Origin: a virus
Lineage: Duplodnaviria > Heunggongvirae > Uroviricota > Caudoviricetes
IMG/VR virus record: IMGVR_UViG_2778261227_000005
Location: 1-41,340 of that record
Length of the DNA: 41,340 nt
Direction: 5' to 3' (one strand)
Shown here: piece by piece, positions 9,741-18,472 of the stretch
How the letters are laid out: each line of letters opens with the position of its first letter
Position numbering within the stretch: position 1 is the first letter of the stretch
Position numbers and translations under genes: made by a program
The notes under the pieces: generated by a model
Databases searched by the model: none
What the model saw: the letters and a program-made list of their open reading frames with translations, nothing else
What the model was told of the DNA's origin: nothing

Positions 9741-10013
9741 TCAGTGCTTCCGGCTGACGGTGATGTGCAGACCGCCTTCTGCAGTGGTTTCCATCCGGTA
9801 CGGCACCTCATGCGCTGCCGTGTGGGTTAGTGTGTTCACCAGTACCTGCAGGGCAGCCGCCTTTCCGTTGGTCGCCACAATGGCCTGAGCGGTCATGCTG
9901 ATTAGCGCCGTCAGGACGTGCTTCACATCGGTGAGGTCGCGGCATTCACACTCGTTGACATAGTGTTCAACAAGGGTTCGGGGGCGCTGTCGTGCTTCCT
10001 GTGGGGTAATCAT
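9741..10013 (-). CDS. Hypothetical early protein (90 aa)
   Basis: ORF in the early operon, 4-nt overlap with the upstream gene. Confidence 0.5.
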   Translation of the reverse strand: MITPQEARQRPRTLVEHYVNECECRDLTDVKHVLTALISMTAQAIVATNGKAAALQVLVNTLTHTAAHEVPYRMETTAEGGLHITVSRKH

Positions 10014-10204
10014 TGCGAGTCCTCCCTGTCAGGGCGGGAGAATTCCATGACGGGCACGTCTGCCGAAAAATGCTGGCTGCAGTACGGGCAGACCAGGGTG
10101 ACGCGTACCGCAGGGATGTGGTATTTACCGGACATCACGGCGATGGCGCTGTGAAAACGCAGGGCTGTTATATCCCTCTCGCACTGAATACATTTAAATA
10201 TCAT
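10010..10204 (-). CDS. Small Cys4 zinc-ribbon protein (64 aa)
   Basis: CIQCERD ... CPYCSQHF gives two CxxC pairs; lies in the early operon. Confidence 0.5.
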   Translation of the reverse strand: MIFKCIQCERDITALRFHSAIAVMSGKYHIPAVRVTLVCPYCSQHFSADVPVMEFSRPDREDSQ

Positions 10205-10301
10205 GATTTAATTCTCCTCTGTTTCCGGCGTGCAGAAGCCCGCGGCGCTGACGCCGGAATAAAAAAGAAAATGTTTTTATTAAATAATTAACGTGGTGTG
10301 T

Positions 10302-10832
10302 TTACTGCACATCCTGTTCAAAAGGAATTATTGAAAAATCCTCAATGTCGCTTTTAATGGAAATACCGGGAATATTTTTCACGGCCTCTTTTTCATTCAG
10401 GATAGCGTCTTTATTTATTTCCTCTTTTACACGAATAAAGCGCTCAAGCCCCAGACGTCTCAGTAATTCAATAACATTATCCGCCCCACGGATACTGACT
10501 GATGGCGGACGGTTTCGCCACTGCACCTCGCCGGTGGTGAGGTTAGCGAACTTCACCTTCCCGTTGCCGGTCAGTTCATCACGGTGTGCCTCACACCATG
10601 TCTGAATACCGGACTGCAGTTCGGCCATGCGTTTTTTCAGGCTCTCGGTGAGCGGGGCATAACGTGCGGTGATATCGCCAATGGCGTCATTCATTTCTGT
10701 TTCAGCCCTGACCAGTTCACGGTGTGCGTCACCGAGCAGTCTGATGCCCTCAATGACCTCTTCACGTGTCCCCGGCACCCAGAGTGCTGCTGCGGCCTTG
10801 ATACGTTTTGCACCTTTTGTACTTTTTGCCAT
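10302..10832 (-). CDS. gam: Gam, host-nuclease inhibitor (Ku-like DNA end-binding protein)
   Basis: 176 aa; MAKSTKGAKRIKAAAA...ETEMNDAI...WCEAHRDELTGNGKVKFANLTTGEVQWRNRPPSVSIRG...IEDFSIIPFEQ is near-collinear with Mu Gam as I recall it. Confidence 0.9.
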   Translation of the reverse strand: MAKSTKGAKRIKAAAALWVPGTREEVIEGIRLLGDAHRELVRAETEMNDAIGDITARYAPLTESLKKRMAELQSGIQTWCEAHRDELTGNGKVKFANLTTGEVQWRNRPPSVSIRGADNVIELLRRLGLERFIRVKEEINKDAILNEKEAVKNIPGISIKSDIEDFSIIPFEQDVQ

Positions 10833-10859
10833 TTTTTATGATTTCTCCAGTTGTGCTGA

Positions 10860-11129
10860 TTACCACAAAGATTCCGGCCACACGACGCGACAGCCGTGCA
10901 GTTCGAAAACGCCCTGACGGAAATATCCCCTGTGGTCATGTCCGGTATACAGATAACAGGCCTTTCCCTGCTCAAGCATGCGCATGCAATGCGCACTCCT
11001 GGAAACACGGATGACAGGTTTGTTACCCCTGATGGTGATGCTTTGTACATCCGTGTTCGTCGCCTTAAGCGCCATAATGGCTGACTGCACTTTACTGATT
11101 TGCTGGTTGATACCTGTGGTGGATTTCAT
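10860..11129 (-). CDS. Hypothetical early protein (89 aa)
   Basis: ORF between B and gam on the early strand; no recognisable motif. Confidence 0.5.
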   Translation of the reverse strand: MKSTTGINQQISKVQSAIMALKATNTDVQSITIRGNKPVIRVSRSAHCMRMLEQGKACYLYTGHDHRGYFRQGVFELHGCRVVWPESLW

Positions 11130-11131
11130 TA

Positions 11132-12325
11132 TTAAACCCCTTTGACAACGTCAGCGTTGACCTGTGGAACCCCGATTTCAGCGGCCAGATTCATGGCGGC
11201 TATTACCAGGTTACTGACGGCCAGCGGATACAGCAGGCTGACCATATTTTTACTATGACTTCCCGGATTGCTCAGGCGGGTACGTATGGCATCCACTGCG
11301 CTGGCGTCCATAATGTCCGTCAGTTGTTTACCGGCCCGTTGCAGTTTGAACGTCAGAAATTCTTCAAGGTGATTGTCCAGAGGCAGAAGTTCGACCACCT
11401 CACAGCGCTGAACGACTTCGCGGACTTCCATGTTGCGTTCAGACAGTTTTGTCGCCAGTTCCGGCTGGCCAATCAGCACGATGGACAGCAGCTTTTTGAA
11501 ACCGGACTCCAGCTCAAAAAAGCGTTTGAGGTGTTTCAGTGTCGGAATGGGCAGACTGTGAGCCTCCTCAATCACCAGAACGTGGCTGAACCCCGCCTGG
11601 CTGCTGTCTTTCAGGACGCGATGCAACTGGCGAAAGCGGGCGTCCTGACTGCGTCTGATGCTTTCCAGTGGTGCGATGGTACTGATAATGGCTTCGGCAA
11701 TCGCTGCTGCCTTCAGAGTTTTCCCTTTCACATCGTTGTCTTCCATAGCGATGACGTATGGCTCGATAACAATTACCGGCGCATTCTCGCGGTTGATACG
11801 TTCAGTCAGGTCGCGGCGCAGCGTGGATTTACCCGCACCGGACTCACCGATGACGGCCATAAACCCACCATGACGGGCTGTCTGGTACAACGCCTCACGC
11901 ACGTAGCGAATGTCCGGGGTGGTGAACACATCATCAGAACCCTGCATGGCTTCGTCGGCGAACGGGTCACGGAAAAGACCAAACGCTTTTTTGGTTGCTG
12001 GAAATAACACCTGTTTTTTGAGTAACATATTCTCTTCCTCACTGAGGCTCGTTTTATCTGTGGTACCCGCTGTACGGGGCGTGGCCGCGCCCTGTACAGC
12101 ATCAAAACTCTTCGTTGTATCAATCCCCTGACTTTCCAGCCAGGACGCAAGACGCCGGCGCACTTCTCCGGGGCTGGTGCGGGGCCACGCGTTATGATTC
12201 ACAATCTGGGCCAGCGTGGCCTCAGAAACATCGACAGCTCTCGCCACCACCGCCTGTGGAATACGTGCCTCTTTCAGTTGCTGCTTCAGTACCAGCATGT
12301 TTCCCTCCTCAGTTGCCGTTAACAA
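11132..12325 (-). CDS. Transposition ATPase, MuB-like target DNA activator (397 aa)
   Basis: Walker A VIGESGAGKST, AAA+-like core, N-terminal HTH-like region; lies immediately downstream of the transposase and overlaps it by 17 nt. Confidence 0.8.
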   Translation of the reverse strand: MLTATEEGNMLVLKQQLKEARIPQAVVARAVDVSEATLAQIVNHNAWPRTSPGEVRRRLASWLESQGIDTTKSFDAVQGAATPRTAGTTDKTSLSEEENMLLKKQVLFPATKKAFGLFRDPFADEAMQGSDDVFTTPDIRYVREALYQTARHGGFMAVIGESGAGKSTLRRDLTERINRENAPVIVIEPYVIAMEDNDVKGKTLKAAAIAEAIISTIAPLESIRRSQDARFRQLHRVLKDSSQAGFSHVLVIEEAHSLPIPTLKHLKRFFELESGFKKLLSIVLIGQPELATKLSERNMEVREVVQRCEVVELLPLDNHLEEFLTFKLQRAGKQLTDIMDASAVDAIRTRLSNPGSHSKNMVSLLYPLAVSNLVIAAMNLAAEIGVPQVNADVVKGV

Positions 12326-14078
12326 TGCTGATAACGCTGCTGCGGGCCGGCGTGGTCAGCGTGGCCATGACTTCATCCAGTGCGGCTTCCGGTACGCCGT
12401 CCGGGTACTGTGCCGTTAACTGGCGGTAATGTTCCGGCGTCCAGGTAAGGCCGTTGGCGCTGAACTTCCCGCGCAGAGCTTTCGCGGCCTCCACATGAGT
12501 CATGGGACGCTGTTCAGTGCGCGTTCCGCGTACGTCAGAGGCCTGGCCTCGCTTCGGCATATAGGCCGGAAGTGTGGCGTCATCAATATGTTTATACGGG
12601 TCAAGCCGCCCGCCGAACGGCAGCGCCTTCGCCTTGCGTGCGGCAGCTGCATCTGCGGCGTTGTCTGTACTGGTGACCAGCGCTTCGGTTTCTTTTGCCG
12701 CCATCTGCGCCGGGGTTTCCGGCAGGGCTTTGTAACTTTCGCCAAATACCGCCGCGCCTTCAGCAAAGCCAAACTCGTTCTTTCTGACCTCTTCGACCAG
12801 GAAGAACGTCTCGTGGCCGTCCTCACCGGTCAGAACCACCTGTGCCACATCGCTGCGCCACGGGTTACGGGTAATCATCAGTTTTTCACCGACCAGTACG
12901 CCCGGTACCGTTGATACGTCAAATTCAGTGCCCCGGAACGAGACACGAAGTTTTGGCGTGACTTTGCGGAGTTCTGGTGCCGCCACAGCCAGTTCACGAC
13001 ATACCTCAACGGAAGGCGCTTTTTTCAGCTGCTCAGCAGTAATCTTCAGCCAGATATCCGTGCGGGTTTTACCGTGGCGGCTGTGAACAGCCGTGGCGTT
13101 AAAGTGGCTGCGCCATTTCGCGGCCAGCGCGTTGAGTTCTTCCAGACTGTGAACCGGCCGGAACTTCAGACCCGGCTCCAGCTTGCGTTCGATAATGTCA
13201 CGCGCCTTTTCCACCTGTCCGGTGGCGCGGGCGTTATGCGGCTTGTGCGCTATCAGGTCAATGCCCAGTGAGCGGCACATGTTTTTCGTCATACCCGCGG
13301 TGTTTGCCGAGCCGGGGTCGAGATAGAGTATTTTTGGCACGCCGTGCAGCACGTCTGCGCCGCCACGCTCCTGCATGGCGTTGATAAGCACAGAACACAG
13401 GTTCTCACCGGATTCCGCACCCGTCACATACTCAACGTAAATCCAGCCGCTGGCATGGTCGGTAATCTCGTAACTCCACACGCGGTCACTGGCGATACGG
13501 GCAAGGTTAGCGGGTTTGTTCTTGTAGAACTTCGCGCTGTCCATCACCTGCAGCCCTTTGTGTCCATTGCTCAGGTAGTAAAGCGTGCAGAGCGAGGCAT
13601 CAATCTGCCAGACATGATTGGGATGCAGACTGGCCACTTCGGTATGCGGCGCAGGGGCATCCAGTTGTTCCGGGTGCAGGCCATAGTTACGCAGGGCACG
13701 ACTGATGGCATCTTCGGACAACGGGAAAAACTCACCGGTGGTTTCATCTGTTCTGCCTGCGGAGATAAAGCCGTTAGCCCGCAGGGTTTCCACTGCATCC
13801 GCGATGGAATAGAGACGCTTACCGTTCTTGCGGGTGGCCTCACGTAGTGTGGCAGATATCAGCGCGGCTTCGTCGCGGGTCAGGGCGCTGCGCCCGGCAT
13901 CGGCGCGTTTTTTGCGTTTATCAGTCACAGATACCTCCTTCAGCCTGCGCAGCAGAGTGGCGCGGGACATGCCAAGTTCAGCACAGGCAGCGTCGTATAT
14001 TGCACCGCGTTTACCATGCCCCGCGTCACGTGCCGCGCGGGCGACATAAACCAGTCGTTCAGTCAGGGCAGCATTCAT
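12309..14078 (-). CDS. Mu-type DDE transposase (MuA-like, 589 aa)
   Basis: N-terminal DNA-binding region, RNase H-like core with HVWQIDAS and ILYLDPGSANTA motifs; positioned ner - x - A - B as in transposable phages. Confidence 0.85.
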   Translation of the reverse strand: MNAALTERLVYVARAARDAGHGKRGAIYDAACAELGMSRATLLRRLKEVSVTDKRKKRADAGRSALTRDEAALISATLREATRKNGKRLYSIADAVETLRANGFISAGRTDETTGEFFPLSEDAISRALRNYGLHPEQLDAPAPHTEVASLHPNHVWQIDASLCTLYYLSNGHKGLQVMDSAKFYKNKPANLARIASDRVWSYEITDHASGWIYVEYVTGAESGENLCSVLINAMQERGGADVLHGVPKILYLDPGSANTAGMTKNMCRSLGIDLIAHKPHNARATGQVEKARDIIERKLEPGLKFRPVHSLEELNALAAKWRSHFNATAVHSRHGKTRTDIWLKITAEQLKKAPSVEVCRELAVAAPELRKVTPKLRVSFRGTEFDVSTVPGVLVGEKLMITRNPWRSDVAQVVLTGEDGHETFFLVEEVRKNEFGFAEGAAVFGESYKALPETPAQMAAKETEALVTSTDNAADAAAARKAKALPFGGRLDPYKHIDDATLPAYMPKRGQASDVRGTRTEQRPMTHVEAAKALRGKFSANGLTWTPEHYRQLTAQYPDGVPEAALDEVMATLTTPARSSVISIVNGN

Positions 14079-14081
14079 TGG

Positions 14082-14993
14082 TTATGCCTCCAGCCCGTTA
14101 ATCTGTGGCGTCGGCTCAGTCAGCCATGAAGGCGCTGCATTGCCTGTTGGCTCGTCCGGCAGGTCAAATGTGGAGCGCAGGCTACGCGCTGTGCTTTCCA
14201 GTTGACAGACCAGGCCTGCCATGAAGTCTCTGGGGGTATCAATCATGTTTTCAGCACAATATGCGCACAGTGTCTCAAAAGCGCTGGACAGTCGAACGGC
14301 GATAGCAGATTCCGCCTCAACCGCTAATGCTGTCACTTCCGCCCGCAGCTTCTTAACCTCCTCATCAGGCTCAGGCGGCTGAATACGGGATTTCTTTTCC
14401 AGTCTGGTAGAGAGAGAATCAATTTTTTCATTTTTATCGGCGAGTACGCGCTGTTGTGCTGCGTTGGTTTCGCGCGCTTCGCGCAGGGCCTGGCGAAGTT
14501 CGCGTACTGACATGCGATCAACGTCGTCAAGCGTCAGGCCGGCAACAGTGCCACCATCAGCCAGTTCGGCAAGGTTTTCATCGTCTTCCGTCATTAACTC
14601 GAATAATTTGGCTTTTCCTAAAAGCGCAAACGTCTGCGCTTTTGACTCAAGTTGTGGTGATAAATATTTTATTGATGCCTGCATCATTACCTGTGCAGTA
14701 CGCTTTGACATTGATAATTCAGACTCGACAATATTTATGAAATCACCATGTGGTTCATTTTCTTTCAGTATTATCAGTCGTTTACCTGCCTCTAGCATGG
14801 CCTCAGCACTTTGTGCCATATAAAAGCGTGCTTCGTGAACAATGCGATCACGTTCATAAGGCAGACCATCGCCGAACTGCTGCATGATCTCCACGCGGTG
14901 TTGTGCCATGGTATTAAGACTGATGTTGAGATCATCAGACAGCGGCACCTCAGCATTCAGATCAGTGGACATTGGTGATTTGGTACGTCCCAT
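14082..14993 (-). CDS. Hypothetical protein (303 aa) between ner and the transposase
   Basis: Intact ORF, coiled-coil-rich middle region; no recognised motif. Confidence 0.65.
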   Translation of the reverse strand: MGRTKSPMSTDLNAEVPLSDDLNISLNTMAQHRVEIMQQFGDGLPYERDRIVHEARFYMAQSAEAMLEAGKRLIILKENEPHGDFINIVESELSMSKRTAQVMMQASIKYLSPQLESKAQTFALLGKAKLFELMTEDDENLAELADGGTVAGLTLDDVDRMSVRELRQALREARETNAAQQRVLADKNEKIDSLSTRLEKKSRIQPPEPDEEVKKLRAEVTALAVEAESAIAVRLSSAFETLCAYCAENMIDTPRDFMAGLVCQLESTARSLRSTFDLPDEPTGNAAPSWLTEPTPQINGLEA

Positions 14994-15003
14994 TGATTAC
15001 TCC

Positions 15004-15312
15004 TTATAAACGACTACCTGAAATGACACGTTGGTTGATTTCGTTAATACGATCCTGCGCTCGTGCCATCTCGTTACTGTGAGCCATGGCGATCTGCAGT
15101 AACTGGATGCCCGGTGCAAAACGTCCATTCTCCAGTTTCAGGGCCAGCCCTTCTTCAATGAGGGTGTTGAGTGCCCGATTAATGTTTGCTGGTGACTCGT
15201 GCAGTGCTGCCGCCAGTTCACCGTTGGAGATACCGTTCAGAGCGTGGCCACGTAACGCCTTAAGAACACGCAAAATACGGGTACCTGCGCTTGATGTATT
15301 TGGTTTATTCAT
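15004..15312 (-). CDS. Winged-helix DNA-binding protein (102 aa)
   Basis: RILRVLKALRGHALNGISNGELAAALHESPANINRALNTLIEEGL is HTH-like; overlaps ner by 4 nt. Confidence 0.65.
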   Translation of the reverse strand: MNKPNTSSAGTRILRVLKALRGHALNGISNGELAAALHESPANINRALNTLIEEGLALKLENGRFAPGIQLLQIAMAHSNEMARAQDRINEINQRVISGSRL

Positions 15313-15533
15313 GACACCTCCTTAAGGATACCGGGGGTAACTTCTTTACCTATTGCAACCGATAGATCTCGCAAAATCCGATAAGTCAAACGACCACGTG
15401 GTAGTTCACTTTTACCAGCCCAGCGACTGACTGCCTGTGTGACTGTTCGTGGCTCATAGCCTGCGTTAAGCGCGAACTGGCGCAAGCTACTGCCTCGTTC
15501 AACTAGTCGTGCCCGAACTTGTTGTTTATTCAT
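15309..15533 (-). CDS. ner: Ner/Nlp-family DNA-binding regulator
   Basis: 74 aa; LRQFALNAGYEPRTVTQAVSRWAGKSE...IGKEVTPGIL fits the Ner winged-HTH pattern; first gene of the leftward early operon, divergent from the repressor. Confidence 0.75.
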   Translation of the reverse strand: MNKQQVRARLVERGSSLRQFALNAGYEPRTVTQAVSRWAGKSELPRGRLTYRILRDLSVAIGKEVTPGILKEVS

Positions 15534-15561
15534 ATGCGGATAGTTCCAGTTGGGTTATCAT

Positions 15562-15581
15562 GTACTCAATATGAATAAATG
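15562..15581. promoter_or_regulatory. 20-bp perfect palindrome TGAATAAATGTACTTATTCA in the repressor/ner divergent region; candidate operator
   Basis: 7-bp arms TGAATAA/TTATTCA around ATGTAC; an ATGTACT half-site recurs just upstream (15550-15556). Confidence 0.4.
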
Positions 15582-15606
15582 TACTTATTCAAAATAAATA
15601 AATCAA

Positions 15607-16038
15607 GTGGAATTACGCAAAATGAATAACAAAGATGTTAACGCTGTGCTTTCCCGGTTAATGTCACTATTCCAAGCAGAGAATGATAGTGAGTTGGCAA
15701 GAGCGCTTAACGTCAACAGGCAGACACTTGCAAGTTGGAGGAAGCGTGATTCTGTGCCTTATGCAATTTGCATAAACATCGCAGAAGAAAAGGGGGTTTC
15801 TTTAGATTGGTTGCTAACAGGTAGAAAACAAGGTTTATCAAAAGAAGTAGACGTAACTCCGACGCAAGTGCAGTTTAGCCAAGCTGACCTTACTATGCTT
15901 GAGCTTTTAAAGCAGCTAGACCCCGAGGTTCGTAACGATCTTCTGCGAGGCGCTGCGGAAAAACAGCGAGTGATCGAGATGGAAAAACAACTGAAGGAAT
16001 TATCCGCAACGATTGAGCGGTTAAAAAATGTGGGTTAA
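15607..16038 (+). CDS. CI-like phage repressor (HTH, phage_CI_repr-type N-terminal domain)
   Basis: LARALNVNRQTLASWRKRDSVPYAICINIAEEKGVSLDWLLTG is typical of the phage CI-repressor HTH; divergent from ner. Frame opens with GTG at 15607; ATG at 15622 is an alternative start; no clear RBS, so possibly leaderless. Confidence 0.75.
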   Translation: MELRKMNNKDVNAVLSRLMSLFQAENDSELARALNVNRQTLASWRKRDSVPYAICINIAEEKGVSLDWLLTGRKQGLSKEVDVTPTQVQFSQADLTMLELLKQLDPEVRNDLLRGAAEKQRVIEMEKQLKELSATIERLKNVG

Positions 16039-16058
16039 TCTATTCCCAATGAGAACAA

Positions 16059-16089
16059 TTGACAAGGTTATCAAACCTCTTCGTTATAT
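16059..16089 (+). promoter_or_regulatory. Candidate sigma70-like promoter (TTGACA ... TTATAT, 19-nt spacer) upstream of the 297-aa gene
   Basis: TTGACA at 16059-16064 and TTATAT at 16084-16089; spacer is longer than optimal, so weak. Confidence 0.25.
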
Positions 16090-16160
16090 GCGCTGATTTA
16101 AACAGTAGGATGTGCTGTTTGCACTAACCATCTGAACTTTCCGCGTTAAGGATTAATCGT

Positions 16161-17054
16161 ATGAGTGGTGATGTGAGAAATTATCGTATTGAGTTTCATC
16201 AGCTATCGTTTAAGGCCACAGATCAGCTGGCAAATCTCGGAGATTCTTTTCAATCTGTAATTGATAAACAGAGCCCTTCCTCTTCAAACCATGAGGGTTT
16301 TACTAGAGAAATTTGGGGGTTGAAAAAACGCGCGGATGGTTCTTTTAGTGGAGAGTTGAGAAAATTTCGCAACTCGAACATTCCAGATAAAGGTGCACCA
16401 GGGAAACAGTCTACCCCTATTCCACTTGCCAAGGATGAAGGGATCATTGAGCGCAATTTCTTTGTATTCTATCCCCGAATCAATGTTATAGGTTGGCACT
16501 ATAATCATATGGCTTGTGGTATAAGCCGTTTTAGTGCATTTCTTTCAACTATCTTTGGTTCAAAGGTTAAGCCCGCACCTTTGCTGGAAAAAGATGCAAT
16601 CGCTAGGCTTATGAGAGGAGATGTCAAAATGAAAAAAATCCAGTTGACGATTCCTCGCCCCCGTAATCCTGAGTTTTACCCTGATACTGATTTCAGTCAA
16701 AAGACACTACAACTGCTTGGTGATGCAGGTGCCGATACAATGCAAATTGTAATGGGGATTAATACTCGCCGTGGCGATAGTGATGGTAGGCTTAAGCAGA
16801 ATATAAAATTTGCTATGCAAGAGTTAGTCGAGTTTGGGGCGAAAAAGGCTGTAATTGATGTGTTCGATGCTGATGGTGTTGTCCATCCTGTGGATTTGAT
16901 TGCCGAGCGTATTTCGTCCTATCAATCGGTGGTTACTGACGCTCGTTTCCCTCCAGCCGAAACCATGTACCGTCTAATCGATACTGCGTATGCTGAAAAC
17001 CGGGAGAGTATCAATGCATATATTGGAGAAGATGAACTCGGCCCTATTGCTTAG
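16161..17054 (+). CDS. Hypothetical soluble protein (297 aa); RexA-like by position and partner, not by demonstrated homology
   Basis: AT-rich ORF immediately downstream of the repressor on the same strand; overlaps the following 4-TM gene by 41 nt; no catalytic motif recognised. Confidence 0.75.
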   Translation: MSGDVRNYRIEFHQLSFKATDQLANLGDSFQSVIDKQSPSSSNHEGFTREIWGLKKRADGSFSGELRKFRNSNIPDKGAPGKQSTPIPLAKDEGIIERNFFVFYPRINVIGWHYNHMACGISRFSAFLSTIFGSKVKPAPLLEKDAIARLMRGDVKMKKIQLTIPRPRNPEFYPDTDFSQKTLQLLGDAGADTMQIVMGINTRRGDSDGRLKQNIKFAMQELVEFGAKKAVIDVFDADGVVHPVDLIAERISSYQSVVTDARFPPAETMYRLIDTAYAENRESINAYIGEDELGPIA

Positions 17055-17451
17055 TTTATTGATTGGATGTGGGATTGGTTTTCTCTACTGGTTCAAGTTG
17101 CCCCATATGCCAGTAGCCGCAATCCCAAACTTCATGACTACATTGTCCAGTGTCTTTGCAACGTTGTTAGGTTTTATTATTACAGCAATTGCACTACTTG
17201 CATCATTGCTTGATAAACCGTTACTTAAAAACATGCAAAAAACCGGACATTACAAGCGTCTGATGACCGATGCATTCTACACTTGCTTAGTTTTGCTAGT
17301 GTTGGTGTTGACATGTTTGATTGGGTTGATGCTGCAAAGTAAGCATCAAGAGATTGTAGCCGCTATCCTCATTGGGCTTGTTGTTATGTCTATGTTGTGT
17401 TTATTACAAACAGGTAGGCGATTATTCAATATAATCAAAGTGATATCATAA
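17014..17451 (+). CDS. Small 4-TM membrane protein (~146 aa); RexB-like by architecture
   Basis: Four hydrophobic segments (LLLSLLIGCGIGFLYWF; FATLLGFIITAIALLASLL; YTCLVLLVLVLTCLIGLML; IVAAILIGLVVMSMLCLL). Start chosen at ATG 17014 with GGGAGAG 5-7 nt upstream; the track ORF begins at 16990. Confidence 0.7.
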   Translation: MHILEKMNSALLLSLLIGCGIGFLYWFKLPHMPVAAIPNFMTTLSSVFATLLGFIITAIALLASLLDKPLLKNMQKTGHYKRLMTDAFYTCLVLLVLVLTCLIGLMLQSKHQEIVAAILIGLVVMSMLCLLQTGRRLFNIIKVIS

Positions 17452-17503
17452 CAATGCACCATCAGGTGCATTGTTATGCAAGACTACTTACCTCCTTCTG
17501 AGC

Positions 17504-18271
17504 CTACTCTAAATTACTTACAATAAGTTCGCGCCGTAGTGTTCCCTTTCCTGCAAGACTGTAGTTGACCTTCACACAGTGAATGTTCAGACCGTTAAAA
17601 ACCTGCCGCATTTCCGGGATATCGTTGACCGATATAATCATCTTTCCTCTGATGCAACGGGCCAGCTCTGCCAACCGCGAGTAGTTCCCTTCAGGAAAAT
17701 CCACACCATAGCCTTCCGTACCCAGGTACGGTGGGTCGCAGTAGAACAGCGTGTGCGGACGGTCATAACGCTCAATGCACTGTTGCCAGTCCATGTGTTC
17801 TATCACCGTTCTGGAAAGTCGCAGGTGTGCCGCTGAGAGCTCTTCCTCAATACGCAGCAGGTTGAAGCGTGGCGGGGATGTGGTGGAGGTGCCGAAACTA
17901 TGCTCTGCCACCTTGCCACCAAACGCCTGCTTCTGGAGGTAGTAGAACCGTGCTGCACGCTGGATATCCGTCAGGGTTTCCTCCGGGGTGATCTGCAGCC
18001 ATTTGTAGATCTGCCGGCTAACCAGCGCCCATTTGAACTGGCGGACAAATTCTTCTAGGTGATGCTTTACCACCCGATACAGATTTACCAGTTCACCGTT
18101 GATATCGTTAATGACTTCGATCTTACCTGGTGTCTTAAGAAAATAGAGCGCAGCTGCGCCGCAGAACGGCTCCACATAACATTCATGCGCTGGAAACAGC
18201 GGCAGAATGTGTTTTGCCAGGCGGCGTTTGCCCCCAATCCATGGAACGATGGGTAATGTCTGCATTTTCAT
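17504..18271 (-). CDS. dam: Dam-family N6-adenine DNA methyltransferase (D12 class), no cognate nuclease adjacent
   Basis: WIGGKRRL, motif I EPFCGAAALYF and motif IV DPPY in Dam-like order; 255 aa. Confidence 0.85.
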   Translation of the reverse strand: MKMQTLPIVPWIGGKRRLAKHILPLFPAHECYVEPFCGAAALYFLKTPGKIEVINDINGELVNLYRVVKHHLEEFVRQFKWALVSRQIYKWLQITPEETLTDIQRAARFYYLQKQAFGGKVAEHSFGTSTTSPPRFNLLRIEEELSAAHLRLSRTVIEHMDWQQCIERYDRPHTLFYCDPPYLGTEGYGVDFPEGNYSRLAELARCIRGKMIISVNDIPEMRQVFNGLNIHCVKVNYSLAGKGTLRRELIVSNLE

Positions 18272-18312
18272 AATCTGTAAGCCTTTTACAATTACTAAAA
18301 ATATGGCAGGCT

Positions 18313-18335
18313 AGTCTGGTCTCGCGAGACTGACT
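18313..18335. repeat. Imperfect palindrome AGTCTGGTCTCGCGAGACTGACT in the Dam / zinc-ribbon divergent region
   Basis: Core GTCTCGCGAGAC (18319-18330) is a perfect 12-bp palindrome; possible regulator site or hairpin. Confidence 0.3.
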
Positions 18336-18472
18336 GAACCTCGGTCGGCTCACAGCCACTTCTGTGGGACGATGGCCAGTCCGGCTTTCGGGTGCCGGGC
18401 TGGTCGTTCTTTCATGATGCGGCAGGAATGAAGTGATTTCTGTTAATGTGGTTTAGAGGATATCGGGGTGCT

